Of a DNA stretch of 64,000 nucleotides, positions 1 through 8,850 are shown in pieces. How positions within the stretch are numbered: position 1 is the stretch's first letter; every line of letters begins with the position of its first letter. A model generated the notes under the pieces. The model had not been told where the DNA came from and searched no databases. It was given only the letters and a program-made list of their open reading frames with translations. This stretch comes from a bacterium (lineage in GTDB: Bacteria > Patescibacteriota > Minisyncoccia > Minisyncoccales > CG1-02-41-26), in assembly GCA_030619905.1 (NCBI GenBank), contig JAUXAO010000002.1, positions 65,193 through 129,192 of the forward strand, read 5' to 3'. The position numbers were made by a program, and so were the translations under genes.

Positions 1-1200
1 ATAAATTACCCAAGTTCTGTCAATTGTTTTTACTAATTTTTCCGAGCTAATTTTGTTTTTCATACCTCCTTTTTCTCTTCCGGCAACATCATAAATGTCA
101 GTAATAATCAATTTATCAACTGGAATCTCTCTAAAAACCCTTATGAAGTCTTTCAATAAATAAAATGTTCTCTGATACTGGTGAGGTTGAAAAACACACC
201 AGATTTTTCTATGCGGAAATTTTTCTCGAGTTGCTTTCAAAGTTGCTTTAATTTCTGTTGGATGATGAGCATAGTCAGATATAATTTCCAATTTTTGATT
301 TCCAATTTTAAATTTACACTTCTCAAAACGCCGCCAAGCACCTTTATATTCTGATAAAGTCTTAAAAGAAACTCTGTCAGGAATTTTTAAAATTCGAGCT
401 GTTTTTAAAGAAGCTAAAGCATTCAAAACATTATGTTCTCCTGGAATTTTTAATATTTCTTTCATTTTTTTTGCTTCTTTTTGTTTTAAGCTAAAACTTT
501 GACTATTGAAATGTAGTTTTAAGATTTGGGCTTTAAGTTTTGAAATATTTTTATCATCTTTATTTATAACCAGTATTCCGTTTTTCGGTAAATGTTTGAT
601 AAACTCTTTATAAGTTTTCAGAATATGTTTTAAATTTTTATAATAATCAAGATGTTCTTTTTCGATATTAGTTAAAACAATAATTTTCGGCCAATAATTT
701 AAAAAAGAAGCATTCCATTCATCTGCTTCAATTATCAAATATCTTCTTTTCCCCATTCGAAAGTTAGAGTTTCCGAATTCTTTAAGTTTTGTTCCTATAA
801 TCACTGTTGGGTCAAAGCCGGCTTTAATCAAAATTAAAGCAATCATGGCAGTTGTTGTACTTTTTCCATGAGTTCCAGAAACAGCAATCGTAAAATATTT
901 TTTAGTTAATTCTCCTAAGGCCTGAGGATAACTTTGAATTTTAATTCCTCTTTTTCTAGCTTCTAAAAGTTCTAGATTGTTTTTTTCCACTGCTGGACTG
1001 TAAATCACTTGTTTGATATCAGGTTTTAAACGATTTTTTTTATGGGAACCTATATAAATTTTAGCTCCTTTTCTCTTCAAAAGAATGGTAATTTCCGAGG
1101 AAACTAAATCAGAGCCACTAACTTGGTAGCCTTTTGATAGATAATATTGGGCTAAAGCTGAAACGCCAATTCCTCCAATGCCGATAAAGTGAATCTTCAT
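1..1200 (-). CDS. murC: UDP-N-acetylmuramate--L-alanine ligase MurC (C-terminal end lies beyond the window)
   Basis: Not in the ORF track because it is open at the window edge. My own translation from the ATG at 1200-1198 has no stop down to position 1: MKIHFIGIGGIGVSALAQYYLSKGY...AVSGTHGKSTTTAMIA...DYAHHPTEI. It shows a MurC-type N-terminus and the Mur-ligase P-loop. Confidence 0.85.
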   Translation of the reverse strand, partial: MKIHFIGIGGIGVSALAQYYLSKGYQVSGSDLVSSEITILLKRKGAKIYIGSHKKNRLKPDIKQVIYSPAVEKNNLELLEARKRGIKIQSYPQALGELTKKYFTIAVSGTHGKSTTTAMIALILIKAGFDPTVIIGTKLKEFGNSNFRMGKRRYLIIEADEWNASFLNYWPKIIVLTNIEKEHLDYYKNLKHILKTYKEFIKHLPKNGILVINKDDKNISKLKAQILKLHFNSQSFSLKQKEAKKMKEILKIPGEHNVLNALASLKTARILKIPDRVSFKTLSEYKGAWRRFEKCKFKIGNQKLEIISDYAHHPTEIKATLKATREKFPHRKIWCVFQPHQYQRTFYLLKDFIRVFREIPVDKLIITDIYDVAGREKGGMKNKISSEKLVKTIDRTWVIY

Positions 1201-1210
1201 ATATATATAA

Positions 1211-1783
1211 TTAAGTTTCAGGTCTTAAGTTACAAGTTTCTAAGATTGCATACTCTGCTCCGCTTCTCTTTAATTGGCTTTCCATAACTTCAACTGAATT
1301 AACTTCAAAATTCAAGGATATATCTTTTTCTATCTCTGGCCTTTCTTCAGGCTCAATTTTTTTCCATTGCCAGGTTCTAATTCTTCCCAGAGTAATATGA
1401 GGATGGAACTCTCTATTATTTGATTCAAAACGAATTCCAGCAGCGACCAAAGATTTTTCTAAATCCTGTTTTAAATCGGCTAATTCTTTTACTTTTTCTC
1501 CTTCTGCCCAAATCATCCGAGGGGGTATTTTTTTAGGGGGACCATAACAAATTTTGTTCAAATTTATAGAAAAAGATCTATATTGGGCAACAATTTCTTT
1601 CGTGGTTCTGCAGATTTCTCCGAGTTTTTCGTTCGGGGTATAGCCAATAAAAATTAAAGTAATATGTAGACTGTCTTTTTTTGTCCATCTAATCGGAAAG
1701 TCAGGCCATTTTGATTGGTAGTCTAAAAAGTCTTTTTTTATCTTTTCTGGCAAATTTATAGCAATAAAAATCCGATGAGGCAT
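1211..1783 (-). CDS. thpR: 2H phosphoesterase family protein (RNA 2',3'-cyclic phosphodiesterase / 2'-5' RNA ligase type)
   Basis: 190 aa with two HxTx motifs (SLHITLIF and HPHITLGR). Confidence 0.8.
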   Translation of the reverse strand: MPHRIFIAINLPEKIKKDFLDYQSKWPDFPIRWTKKDSLHITLIFIGYTPNEKLGEICRTTKEIVAQYRSFSINLNKICYGPPKKIPPRMIWAEGEKVKELADLKQDLEKSLVAAGIRFESNNREFHPHITLGRIRTWQWKKIEPEERPEIEKDISLNFEVNSVEVMESQLKRSGAEYAILETCNLRPET

Positions 1784-1896
1784 ATAAATTTATAATAGCA
1801 AAATGCTAAGAACTTTACAATTTTCTATAATAATGTTATATTTTAAGAAAATTTAAGACATTTGGTTTTTAATTTTAAAAAAAGGAGGTGAATCAA

Positions 1897-2739
1897 ATGT
1901 CAAAAGTTCTTTCACAAAAATCAGATTTAGGATTGAAGAACTATAATGATGTTCTTCCCTCTATTTCACCGCAAGAGCAGAAAAAGTTATTTCAGAAAAT
2001 GGAAAGATATCCCAAGAATAATCTGGAAATAAGAAATGAAATTGTAGAGAAAAACATGGGGTTAATTGATTTTTGGGCAAGGAAGATAAAAAGATCATAT
2101 CCAATTTCTAGTTTGGAGTTTAAAGATATTTATCAAGCAGGAGCTATAGGGTTAATGAGGGCAGTAGATAGATTTAAATGGAGAAAGGGGTACAGATTTT
2201 CCACTTTTGCTATCCACTGGATAAATCAGGCGATGACAAAGACTATTAATAACCAGTCAAATACTATCTCTATTCCTGTTCACAAGACAGAGATAATTAT
2301 TCAATATAAACGGACAAAGAAAGAACTTTGTCAGGAATTGGGACGTTCCCCTTCAATCCAAGAAATTGCGATAAGAATGGATGTTAATATAGCAAAGATT
2401 AATCACTTAGATGAAATCAGAAACCCGCTTTCTTTAGAAATACCGTTTCCTGGAGAAAATGAAAGCAATACTTTAATTGATGTTATAGAAGACAAAAAGA
2501 TAATCCATCCTTTAGTAAGATTAGAAAGAGAAGATTTAAGGAAAGAATTAACAAAAGCTTTATTTTACTTGGATTCAAGAGAGAGAAAAATTTTGATTCT
2601 GCGGTTTGGGTTAAAAAATGGGAAAAGATACACACTAGAAAAGGTGGGAAAAATTATAGGAGGCATTAGTGATGAGAGAGTTCGACAAATTGAGGTGGTA
2701 GCTCTTAGGAAGATCAGAAAAATTCTTGAATCTAAATAG
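1897..2739 (+). CDS. RNA polymerase sigma-70 family factor
   Basis: Region 2 is IYQAGAIGLMRAVDRFKW..FSTFAIHWINQAM. The region 4 HTH is YTLEKVGKIIGGISDERVRQIE. ATG 1897 lies 7 nt after AAGGAGG, whereas the track start 1888 is a GTG inside the SD. Confidence 0.85.
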   Translation: MSKVLSQKSDLGLKNYNDVLPSISPQEQKKLFQKMERYPKNNLEIRNEIVEKNMGLIDFWARKIKRSYPISSLEFKDIYQAGAIGLMRAVDRFKWRKGYRFSTFAIHWINQAMTKTINNQSNTISIPVHKTEIIIQYKRTKKELCQELGRSPSIQEIAIRMDVNIAKINHLDEIRNPLSLEIPFPGENESNTLIDVIEDKKIIHPLVRLEREDLRKELTKALFYLDSRERKILILRFGLKNGKRYTLEKVGKIIGGISDERVRQIEVVALRKIRKILESK

Positions 2740-2805
2740 GCACTTGTTATTCAATAAAGAATAAGAGTGCCTTCTTTTTTTTTCTGATGATGATAAAATG
2801 AAAGA

Positions 2806-3684
2806 ATGAAGGAGGTTTATCTTTATAAAAAACTATCCAATCATAAAGTTCAATGCCAAAATTGTGCTCATTACTGTATTATTGAACATGAAAAAAGAGG
2901 CAAATGTGGCGTGAAAGAAAACAAGAAAGGTAAACTATATTCTTTGGTTTACGGAAAGATTGTTGCTTTAAACATTGATCCCATTGAGAAAAAACCTTTT
3001 TATCATTTTTTACCAGGAACTAATTCTTTATCGCTTGCCACTGTAGGATGTAATTTTAAATGTCTTAATTGTCAGAATTATGGTATTTCCCAAATGCCTC
3101 AGGAAACAGGTCAAATTTTAGGGAAAGATTTAACTCCTGAAAAAATAGTAGAAGTTGCTCTTGAGAATAATTTGCCAAGCATTTCTTATACCTATACAGA
3201 ACCAGCCATTTTTTCTGAATATGCTTTGGATATAATGAAATTAGCCAGGAAAAAGGGATTAAAAAACATTTGGGTTAGCAATGGATTTTGGTCAAAAGAA
3301 CTTTTTGATTTAATTTTTCCTTATTTGGACGCGGTTAATATTGATTTAAAAAGCTCTGAGAATGGTTTCTATGTAAAATATTGCGGAGGAAAATTAAAAC
3401 CAGTTCTAGACACTTTGAAAAGATTAAAAGATAAAAAGATTTGGATTGAGGTTACTACTTTAATTATTCCGGGTTTAAATGATAAAGAAAAAATATTTAA
3501 GGGTATTGCTAATTTTATTAAGAATAAACTAGGTAAAGAAACTCCCTGGCATATCAGTAGATTTTCTGGAGCAATCTCTTGGAAATTTCAAGATTTTCCT
3601 GATACGCCTATTGGAACTTTAAAAAAAGCACAAGAAGTTGGTAAAAAAGCCGGTTTAAAATATATTTATATCGGCAATATCTAA
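2806..3684 (+). CDS. amrS: AmmeMemoRadiSam system radical SAM enzyme
   Basis: Radical-SAM motif CNFKCLNCQNY plus an N-terminal Cys cluster (CQNCAHYC..CGV). It is followed directly by Memo-like and AMMECR1 genes. Confidence 0.8.
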   Translation: MKEVYLYKKLSNHKVQCQNCAHYCIIEHEKRGKCGVKENKKGKLYSLVYGKIVALNIDPIEKKPFYHFLPGTNSLSLATVGCNFKCLNCQNYGISQMPQETGQILGKDLTPEKIVEVALENNLPSISYTYTEPAIFSEYALDIMKLARKKGLKNIWVSNGFWSKELFDLIFPYLDAVNIDLKSSENGFYVKYCGGKLKPVLDTLKRLKDKKIWIEVTTLIIPGLNDKEKIFKGIANFIKNKLGKETPWHISRFSGAISWKFQDFPDTPIGTLKKAQEVGKKAGLKYIYIGNI

Positions 3685-3687
3685 TTT

Positions 3688-4302
3688 ATGATTAAATTTG
3701 CCTCAATTTCTCCTCATCCTCCAATACTTCTTCCTTCTGTAGGTTCAGAACAAGACCGTTTGAAGTTAAAAAAAACAATCGAAAGTTTAGAGTATTTGGC
3801 TAAAAGTTTTAAAAAAGCAAACCCTGATTGTTTGATAATTTCTTCTCCACATCCTGATTGGGGTTTTAAGGTTCCTTTATATTTTATAGCCAATGATTTT
3901 AAAGGTGAAATTGAGTATTTTTTAACTGAGCTTGACCCACCGAAATTTTATTTTGATAAAGGCAAACAATTTTATCTAAATTTAGAAAAAAACAAATCTT
4001 ATGGCTTAATAGCTTCAGGGGATCTCTCTCACTGTTTGAAAGAAGACGGTCCTTATGGATTTTATCCTGATGGGCCAAAATTCGATAAATATTTAATCAA
4101 ATATTTAAAAGAAAAAGATATAGAGAATTTCTTAAAATTGGATAAAATGTTTCCTGAAGCTGGCGAGTGCGGTCTTCGTTCCTTTTCTTTTCTCTTAGGA
4201 ATATTAGAAGAATCAAAACTTGATTGGCAGCCGGAAATTCTTTCTTATCAAGGGCCATTTGGAGTTGGATATCTCGTTGCTTCAATTCAAATCAAAAACT
4301 AA
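3688..4302 (+). CDS. amrB: Memo/LigB-fold protein, AmmeMemoRadiSam system protein B-like (short, 204 aa)
   Basis: N-terminus ISPHPPILLPSVG is typical of class III extradiol dioxygenase/Memo-like proteins. The position between amrS and AMMECR1 supports the call. It is shorter than typical Memo proteins. Confidence 0.5.
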   Translation: MIKFASISPHPPILLPSVGSEQDRLKLKKTIESLEYLAKSFKKANPDCLIISSPHPDWGFKVPLYFIANDFKGEIEYFLTELDPPKFYFDKGKQFYLNLEKNKSYGLIASGDLSHCLKEDGPYGFYPDGPKFDKYLIKYLKEKDIENFLKLDKMFPEAGECGLRSFSFLLGILEESKLDWQPEILSYQGPFGVGYLVASIQIKN

Positions 4303-4835
4303 TGAAAAATTATACAAACCCGTATATTTCACTTGCAAAATCAGCAGTAGAAACTTATATTAATAAAAGGAAGGTTATTAAGGTACCAGATGGCTTACCA
4401 GAGAAAATTACAAGCAAAAAAGCAGGCACTTTTGTAACTATCAAGAAAAATGGAGATTTAAGAGGATGTATAGGCACTTATTTACCAACAAAAAAGAGTA
4501 TTGCTGAGGAGATAATTCAAAATGCTATTACTGCGGCCACTGAAGATTATCGTTTCGGACCGGTTCAAAAACAAGAACTCCCCTATCTCACTTATAGTGT
4601 TTATATCTTAGAAAAACCAGAATTAGTGAAAGATACAAAAGAATTAAACCCTAAGAAATACGGCATTATTATTAAAACTCTTAACCATCCTTTAAAATCC
4701 GCGCTTTTACTTCCTGACTTAGATGGGATAAACACGGTGGAACAGCAGATTTCAGTAACTTGCCAAAAAGGAGGAATTGACCCTTCAAAAGAAAAAACAG
4801 TTATTTATAAGTTTAAAGTAAAAGAACATAGTTGA
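4303..4835 (+). CDS. amrA: AMMECR1 domain protein (AmmeMemoRadiSam system protein A)
   Basis: Carries the LRGCIGT hallmark motif. ATG 4303 immediately follows the upstream stop. The track start 4224 overlaps the upstream gene in another frame. Confidence 0.8.
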
Positions 4836-4859
4836 TTAAACTCTTTAATTCTCAAATTA

Positions 4860-5534
4860 ATGCTTAATAAAAAAATTGTTAAAATATTATACGGGATAGA
4901 AGAATTATTAAAGATAAAAGGAGAAGGGATACCCTATAAACCAAAGGCATATTCTAAAGCGGCTTTGAGTTTGGAAAATTTAGAACAAGATGTTTCTTTT
5001 ATATATAAAAAAGACGGGCTGAAAGGCCTTGAAAAGATTTCTGGCGTGGGTAAAAGCATTGCTAAAAAAATTGAAGAGTATATAAAAAAAGGTAGAATTA
5101 ATTATTATGAAAAATTAAAAGAAGAAACTGCTATTCGTCAGATTGTGACCCATTATTTTAAAACTAAAGGATTAAATCTAGATCAGATAAAAAAAGATGC
5201 TAAAAAAAGAAAGATAATTTATTCAAGATTTACCAGACCAGCAAAACAACTTCTGGAATTGGCTGGTTCAGTTCAAGCAGCCAAAAAAGCCATTAATAAG
5301 GTAGCCGAATGGGCAAAATCAAGAAATCTGGATTACGCTATTGAAACAGTTTTTAAGAAATGGCTGGAACTTGATAGGTTAAAGCCTAAAGAAATCGTTA
5401 AAAAGCCCTTCTATGATGAAGAGCCGATGGTGTGGTCTCAAACCCGTAGAAAATGGTATGTAATTTCAAGAGATGGAGAGTGGCTGGAATTTGTAGGAGA
5501 GGAAAGAGAAATAAAATGGCGAATTATTAAATAA
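4860..5534 (+). CDS. helix-hairpin-helix protein with a Pol X-like N-terminal domain and an unknown C-terminal domain
   Basis: N-terminal ~90 aa (YKPKAYSKAALSLENL..ISGVGKSIAKKIEEYIKKGRINYYEKL) resembles the 8-kDa/HhH module of family X polymerases. No polymerase palm motifs follow. Confidence 0.4.
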   Translation: MLNKKIVKILYGIEELLKIKGEGIPYKPKAYSKAALSLENLEQDVSFIYKKDGLKGLEKISGVGKSIAKKIEEYIKKGRINYYEKLKEETAIRQIVTHYFKTKGLNLDQIKKDAKKRKIIYSRFTRPAKQLLELAGSVQAAKKAINKVAEWAKSRNLDYAIETVFKKWLELDRLKPKEIVKKPFYDEEPMVWSQTRRKWYVISRDGEWLEFVGEEREIKWRIIK

Positions 5535-5540
5535 CCTAAA

Positions 5541-5816
5541 TTATTTTGTAATTTTGATTGCTTTGCCCTCTATTAAGGCCTGGGCAATTTTTTTTCTGGC
5601 TGAAATCAATATTCGACCCAAAGTACTTTGAGAAATTTTCATTTTTTTAGCTGCTTTGGTCTGATCTAAATTTCTTAGATCACAAAGCCGAATAGCTTCT
5701 AATTCATCCACAGCCAAACCTACCTCTTCCAGTACTGAAAGAGGTATACCCCTCGGTTTAAAGTATGTAACATTTGGGTCAAAATAGACTCGCCTTGGTT
5801 TTATTGGTCGAACCAT
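5541..5816 (-). CDS. DUF134 (UPF0251) small DNA-binding protein
   Basis: MVRPIKPRRV..FKPRGIP...DELEAIRLCDL...MKISQSTLGRILISARKKIAQALIEGKAIKI matches the DUF134 pattern. Confidence 0.75.
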   Translation of the reverse strand: MVRPIKPRRVYFDPNVTYFKPRGIPLSVLEEVGLAVDELEAIRLCDLRNLDQTKAAKKMKISQSTLGRILISARKKIAQALIEGKAIKITK

Positions 5817-5827
5817 ATTTAGATATT

Positions 5828-6397
5828 TTAAAATCCTAATTCTTCTGAAATACTTTGCATTGCTAATAAAACGATTTTAATAAAATCTTCTAATTTTAAA
5901 TTTAAGAATTCCTCACATTTAATGATTATTTCCCGGTTGGCTCCTCGAGCAAAAGCCTTTTCTTTAAAACGATTTAGAATATTCTCAGTTTTTAAATCCC
6001 CTATTTTCTTTGATGGCAATACTAAAGTAGCTGCAACAATTAAACCAGTTAAAGGGTCAATACAATACAAAGCCTTTGCCATTAAACTTTGAGGTTTAAT
6101 ATTATGAGATTCATTATGAGTCAAGACAGCTTGGTAAATTTGTTCATCGAATCCTAAATCTTTCAGCATTTCGCTTCCAATCTTTGAGTGCAGATTTGGA
6201 TCCCCTTTTGTTTTCTCGTAGTCAATATCATGTAGAAGTCCGCAGATTCCCCACTCTTCATGGTCTTGTTTAAAATATTTAGCTAATTCCTTCATAGACA
6301 TCTCAACTGCTAAGCAATGTTTAACTAAATTCTGGTTTTTTAGGTTTTCTTTTAACAAATTTAATGCTTCTTCTCTTTTCATATTATTTTTATTCAA
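5828..6397 (-). CDS. HD/HDIG domain phosphohydrolase
   Basis: H..HD metal-binding pattern (VKHCLAVE..GLLHDIDYEK). Confidence 0.75.
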   Translation of the reverse strand: MNKNNMKREEALNLLKENLKNQNLVKHCLAVEMSMKELAKYFKQDHEEWGICGLLHDIDYEKTKGDPNLHSKIGSEMLKDLGFDEQIYQAVLTHNESHNIKPQSLMAKALYCIDPLTGLIVAATLVLPSKKIGDLKTENILNRFKEKAFARGANREIIIKCEEFLNLKLEDFIKIVLLAMQSISEELGF

Positions 6398-6990
6398 TAT
6401 TTGAATTTTTCTAAGATTTTAAAATCCTTTTTTAAAATCTCTTTCATATTTAGATTATAAGTTACTGTAGCCGGGTGGTAAAGAGGGATTAAGAATATTC
6501 CCGGCAAAACCGTTTTTGTTTTAAACACTTTTCCATGGATTTTGCCAATTGGCTCAATCTCATTTTCTAATCCGAATTTTTCCATTAAAAACTGCATAGA
6601 ATACCTTCCTAATGGACAAATAATTTCTGGCTTAATTATTTTAATCTGTCTTTCTAAATAAGAACAACAAGCCTCAATTTCTTCTTTCTGAGGATCACGA
6701 TTATTTGGTGGCTTACATTTGAGGATATTGGAAATATAAACGTTTTCTCTTTTTATATTAACCGATTTTAAAAGTTCATCCAGAATTTTCCCGGCCGCTC
6801 CACAAAAGGGGCGACCGGTTTTATCTTCCTGAGCTCCAGGTGCTTCTCCTATAAACATTATTTTAGTTTTATGATTCCCCTCTCCGATTACAGGATAATT
6901 TCTGCTTTTGTATAAAAGACATTTTTGACATTTCAGAACCTCTTCTTTAATTTCTTTGAGTTTGTCGTCTCTGTTTTTAAGTATTTCCAT
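6394..6990 (-). CDS. uracil-DNA glycosylase, family 4
   Basis: Motifs GEAPGAQED and GRPFCGAAG, plus an N-terminal CxxC. It overlaps the HD gene by 4 nt. Confidence 0.85.
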   Translation of the reverse strand: MEILKNRDDKLKEIKEEVLKCQKCLLYKSRNYPVIGEGNHKTKIMFIGEAPGAQEDKTGRPFCGAAGKILDELLKSVNIKRENVYISNILKCKPPNNRDPQKEEIEACCSYLERQIKIIKPEIICPLGRYSMQFLMEKFGLENEIEPIGKIHGKVFKTKTVLPGIFLIPLYHPATVTYNLNMKEILKKDFKILEKFKY

Positions 6991-7003
6991 ATTTCTGATA
7001 ATT

Positions 7004-7210
7004 TTATCTTTCTCGGGTCATAGAATTACCACATTTAGGACATTTAACTCCATAACAAGGCACTGCTCTCTTGTGAGGTACTTTTTCTCCACATTGAGGG
7101 CATACACAAAAACCTCCGGGCCCTAAACCAAAACCTCCTGGTTGACGACCTCTACCACGTCCTACTATTGGACCTTGACCGGTTGGACCGGTTCCATTTC
7201 TTCTTGGCAT
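7004..7210 (-). CDS. DUF5320-like protein with a C-terminal zinc ribbon
   Basis: The Gly/Arg-rich N-terminus MPRRNGTGPTGQGPIVGRGRG is typical of DUF5320. Two CxxC pairs follow (CPQCG, CPKCG). Confidence 0.6.
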   Translation of the reverse strand: MPRRNGTGPTGQGPIVGRGRGRQPGGFGLGPGGFCVCPQCGEKVPHKRAVPCYGVKCPKCGNSMTRER

Positions 7211-7261
7211 ATTATTTATTATATATTATTTTTTATAAACTATCGACTTTTCTGTTTTAAG

Positions 7262-7289
7262 TATATACCCATAACTATATGTCTGTCAA
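7262..7289 (-). promoter_or_regulatory. sigma-70-type promoter for the 7210-5541 operon
   Basis: Minus strand reads TTGACA (7289-7284), a 16-nt spacer, then TATATA (7267-7262). Confidence 0.45.
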
Positions 7290-7305
7290 CCCCTAAGTAA
7301 TATAA

Positions 7306-7338
7306 ACCAAAAGACCGAGAAAAATCTCGGCCTTTTTT
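7306..7338 (-). terminator. intrinsic terminator after the 7339 gene
   Basis: Minus strand reads GGCCGAGA-TTTT-TCTCGGTC followed by TTTTGGTTT. The plus strand also carries a T-run, so it may be bidirectional. Confidence 0.5.
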
Positions 7339-7596
7339 TTATAATTCTCCCGATAACTCCAACAAACGAATTTTTGTTTTATCTTCTCGTTCTATATATA
7401 TTTTTTGGCACCTATGCTCCTTATCTCCTTCAATGGCATACTTAATGTTCTCATCTTCCAATCTTTCGATAAATTTCATAATGGAACTAGTTGTCTCACC
7501 CCAGCGAAATAATTTAAGAAATATCGGTTTTTTAAGTTTTCCTATCTCAATTTCATTTTTGAATATTCCGCCTTTTTCTTCTCTAAAATTTTTCAT
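7339..7596 (-). CDS. hypothetical protein (85 aa)
   Basis: ORF track. Its start overlaps the upstream stop by 4 nt (ATGA). I recognise no family. Confidence 0.5.
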   Translation of the reverse strand: MKNFREEKGGIFKNEIEIGKLKKPIFLKLFRWGETTSSIMKFIERLEDENIKYAIEGDKEHRCQKIYIEREDKTKIRLLELSGEL

Positions 7597-7838
7597 ATCC
7601 CTTTTATCTTCTCCTCTCTGTAATATTCTCTATTGAGCAGCCATTCAAGAAGTTTTCCGCTTCCTTCCTTTATCTCTTTATTAAATAGCCATCTGAGAAC
7701 TTCTTCTTCCAAATTTTTTGGTATTACTGTTATTAAATCCGGGTCTTGCCGGATCATCAATTGTTTCTTTTTCTTATTGTATACCGCAGTTATTCCCTTA
7801 CCGAGGTCAAGGATTTCTTTCCACTTTTTCTTTTTCAT
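7593..7838 (-). CDS. hypothetical protein (81 aa, Lys-rich N-terminus)
   Basis: ORF track. SD AAAGGAG lies upstream of the ATG. I recognise no family. Confidence 0.5.
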   Translation of the reverse strand: MKKKKWKEILDLGKGITAVYNKKKKQLMIRQDPDLITVIPKNLEEEVLRWLFNKEIKEGSGKLLEWLLNREYYREEKIKGI

Positions 7839-7873
7839 TTTTTTCTCCTTTCTTAAAAATTATTAACTAAAAA

Positions 7874-7978
7874 CTATGTTGTACGCCACATAAAGAAAAC
7901 AGACAGGATAATTATAAAAAATAAAACAATATGTAAAACTTCTTCCGAGGACAACCAGTTCAATAAATTTCTCATCAT
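7874..7978 (-). CDS. possible 34-aa single-TM peptide
   Basis: Own translation: MMRNLLNWLSSEEVLHIVLFFIIILSVFFMWRTT. A G-rich SD (AAGGGGG) lies just upstream. It is the first ORF of the transcript from the 8036-8064 promoter. Confidence 0.3.
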   Translation of the reverse strand: MMRNLLNWLSSEEVLHIVLFFIIILSVFFMWRTT

Positions 7979-8035
7979 CCATTCCCCCTTTTTATTTTCC
8001 TCCTTTTTATTAACGAGCTAGTTAGAACATTCCAA

Positions 8036-8064
8036 ATTATAGCACATTAATTATTATTAGTCAA
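8036..8064 (-). promoter_or_regulatory. strong sigma-70-type promoter
   Basis: Minus strand reads TTGACT (8064-8059), a 17-nt spacer, then TATAAT (8041-8036) preceded by a TGc extended -10. Confidence 0.6.
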
Positions 8065-8084
8065 TATATTTTCAACTAGTATAT

Positions 8085-8116
8085 AAAAAAAAGACTCAGC
8101 ATCGCTGAGCCTTTTT
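8085..8116 (-). terminator. intrinsic terminator after the 8139 gene
   Basis: Minus strand reads GGCTCAGC-GAT-GCTGAGTC followed by a T-run. Confidence 0.55.
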
Positions 8117-8138
8117 AAATTATTAAGCTTGAGATAAA

Positions 8139-8645
8139 TCAAAAAAAGATAACAATCCTTTGTATGAAATTGTCGCCTAACCATAAATTTTGGAAAAGAC
8201 TAACAGTTTGTTCGTTTACTTGTTCGTCTACTGTAATGTCTAATTCCTTAATAGTGAATGCAAGTTCAAATTTTTTCTTATTGTTCCAGCACATAGTTAT
8301 TTTTAATATTTCGTTTTCGTTTTCGATTTCTATTTTTTCGAAGTTAGCATCCATTTGACTATAATATCTTATGTAAGACGCCTTCTTTCCTCTTAGTTTT
8401 TCTTTTTTCTTAATAATTAATCCTAACAATCCCATACAATTATCACTCTTAGCAGCCATTTCCTTATTTTTTACCCTTTCATCAATAATAACTTTCTCCA
8501 AACTGTTCATCTTAAGGCATTTCCAACAAGAATCTGTAGTTAAATAACGGCAAGTTTTTTTTCCTTGCTCCGCCTTGCAGATTTCCATTACATGTTTGTT
8601 TGTCGGAAACTCTGAAAAAACCTTAAAAGGTTCTACTTCTGCCAT
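8139..8645 (-). CDS. hypothetical Cys-containing protein
   Basis: ORF track 8139..8663. I prefer ATG 8645, which is preceded by GGGAG. It contains C..C..CxxC. I recognise no family. Confidence 0.5.
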   Translation of the reverse strand: MAEVEPFKVFSEFPTNKHVMEICKAEQGKKTCRYLTTDSCWKCLKMNSLEKVIIDERVKNKEMAAKSDNCMGLLGLIIKKKEKLRGKKASYIRYYSQMDANFEKIEIENENEILKITMCWNNKKKFELAFTIKELDITVDEQVNEQTVSLFQNLWLGDNFIQRIVIFF

Positions 8646-8850
8646 TTTTTTCTCCCTTCTCATTTCACTTTTTTTAAATTTCCATTAAAATACACAATAC
8701 CAAAAGCCATACTAAAGAAATTTTGACATTATTCTTTTTACCTCACTTTCTTTTTTTAAAGGTCTATAATGAAAAATCTTTAATTATAGGATATTTTTAT
8801 AGAATATTATATGATAAAATATATTTTCTCAATAATCAATCTCAAATTCT

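Noticed and set aside
4224-4302. The N-terminal extension of the AMMECR1 ORF given in the track.
   Set aside because: It overlaps the last 79 nt of the upstream gene in another frame. ATG 4303 directly after the upstream stop gives a normal AMMECR1 N-terminus.
7863-7982. An alternative 39-codon frame (MDDEKFIELVVLGRSFTYCFIFYNYPVCFLYVAYNIVFS) overlapping the 34-aa peptide ORF.
   Set aside because: The +1 frame starting at 7978 gives a cleaner single TM helix and better spacing to the G-rich SD. Only one frame can be real, and both remain low confidence.
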